Of a stretch of DNA of 64,000 nt, positions 63,516 through 64,000 are shown piece after piece (positions within the stretch are counted from its first letter, which is position 1; the number at the start of each line of letters is the position of its first letter). This DNA comes from Deltaproteobacteria bacterium. GTDB lineage: Bacteria; Desulfobacterota; Desulfuromonadia; Geobacterales; Pseudopelobacteraceae. Location of the stretch: NCBI GenBank assembly GCA_021850095.1, contig JAJZRX010000009.1, positions 26-64,025 of the forward strand, read 5' to 3'. The notes beneath the pieces are model-generated. The model was not told the DNA's origin. It searched no databases and saw only the letters and a program-made list of their open reading frames with translations. The position numbers and the translations under genes were made by a program.

Positions 63516-64000
63516 TGCAGTTCCTTTTATTCAAGAAAATCACAAGCTTTGTAAATAGTCTCACCCACTCTCATCTGGAGTGGATCCATCGCCTGACGAC
63601 AACCCGGCCGCTGCTGGTGCTGATCGGTTTTGCTTTCGCGCTGCTGCTGTCGGTCGCTTCGATTTTATCAACCCGCTTTGAAAGTGACATCTTCCAGCTG
63701 TTTCCCAGCCGCCAACCGGCCTTGAAGCTGATGCTGGATTCCATGGAATGGACCGGCAGCGCCAAGGAAGCTTTCTTTCTGCTGGAAGGGGACAAAAAAC
63801 TGCTGCCCCAGGAAGCCGGTCGGCTGGCCGAACGTCTGAAACTGGCCCAGGTGGATGGTCAGCCGGCCTTTAAACGCATCACCTGGCAGGTGTACGATGA
63901 AAACCAGGCCGCTTCCTTTCGCGATTTTATCGCCTTTGCCGCGGCCCGTCCGCAGCTTTTTCTTTCCAGTTCCGACGTTCCCGCACTGGCCGACCGCTTT
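63515..64000 (+). CDS. MMPL/RND-type exporter, N-terminal part (runs off the window)
   Basis: Manual translation is open to the window end: MQFLLFKKITS...RPLLVLIGFAFALLLSVASILSTRFESDIFQLFP. The start overlaps the upstream stop (TGATG). Confidence 0.6.
   Translation, partial: MQFLLFKKITSFVNSLTHSHLEWIHRLTTTRPLLVLIGFAFALLLSVASILSTRFESDIFQLFPSRQPALKLMLDSMEWTGSAKEAFFLLEGDKKLLPQEAGRLAERLKLAQVDGQPAFKRITWQVYDENQAASFRDFIAFAAARPQLFLSSSDVPALADRF

Overview
GC-rich bacterial chromosomal window. The gene content looks Desulfuromonadales/Geobacter-like, which is inference only: single-cytochrome-b Sdh/FrdCAB, Hya-type [NiFe] hydrogenase, PyrK/PyrD class 1B, a GlcD/GlcF plus LutC/LutBA lactate cluster, and many c-di-GMP proteins. 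About 60 genes are supportable.

Backbone genes: TPR protein, YyaL-type thioredoxin-domain protein, UvrD/PcrA-family helicase, a PilZ / unknown / GAF-HD-GYP-PilZ operon, methyltransferase, ppk1, hyaABCD, rimI, pyrK-pyrD, MscS-cNMP channel, purE, beta-carbonic anhydrase, ACT-malic enzyme, msrB, a lactate-utilisation regulon, HAMP-GGDEF, tgt and sdh/frdCAB.

RNA genes: tRNA-Arg(TCG) at 1713-1789 (-) and tRNA-Sec (selC) at 23142-23239 (+).

Three patches are AT-richer by eye (composition not computed):
- (i) 1-1712, at the 3' end of tRNA-Arg, holds a RAYT-like Y1 transposase bracketed by 24-bp inverted repeats.
- (ii) ~23240-26900 lies directly 3' of selC.
- (iii) ~47800-54000 is an island with an orphan Cas6-like gene, three small lipoprotein genes, an intact IS200-type element, IS4- and IS3-family remnants and a DUF4105/DUF3015 pair. 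It abuts a 5'-truncated radical-SAM gene.

The most interesting locus is 54.0-64.0 kb, which runs off the window. It is a translationally coupled operon combining B12-binding radical-SAM enzymes with a dedicated type-II-FAS-like set and a LolA-like/lipoprotein/MMPL export module. The architecture resembles aryl-polyene and candidate ladderane clusters, and I know of no assigned product.

No CRISPR array, rRNA or prophage was seen.
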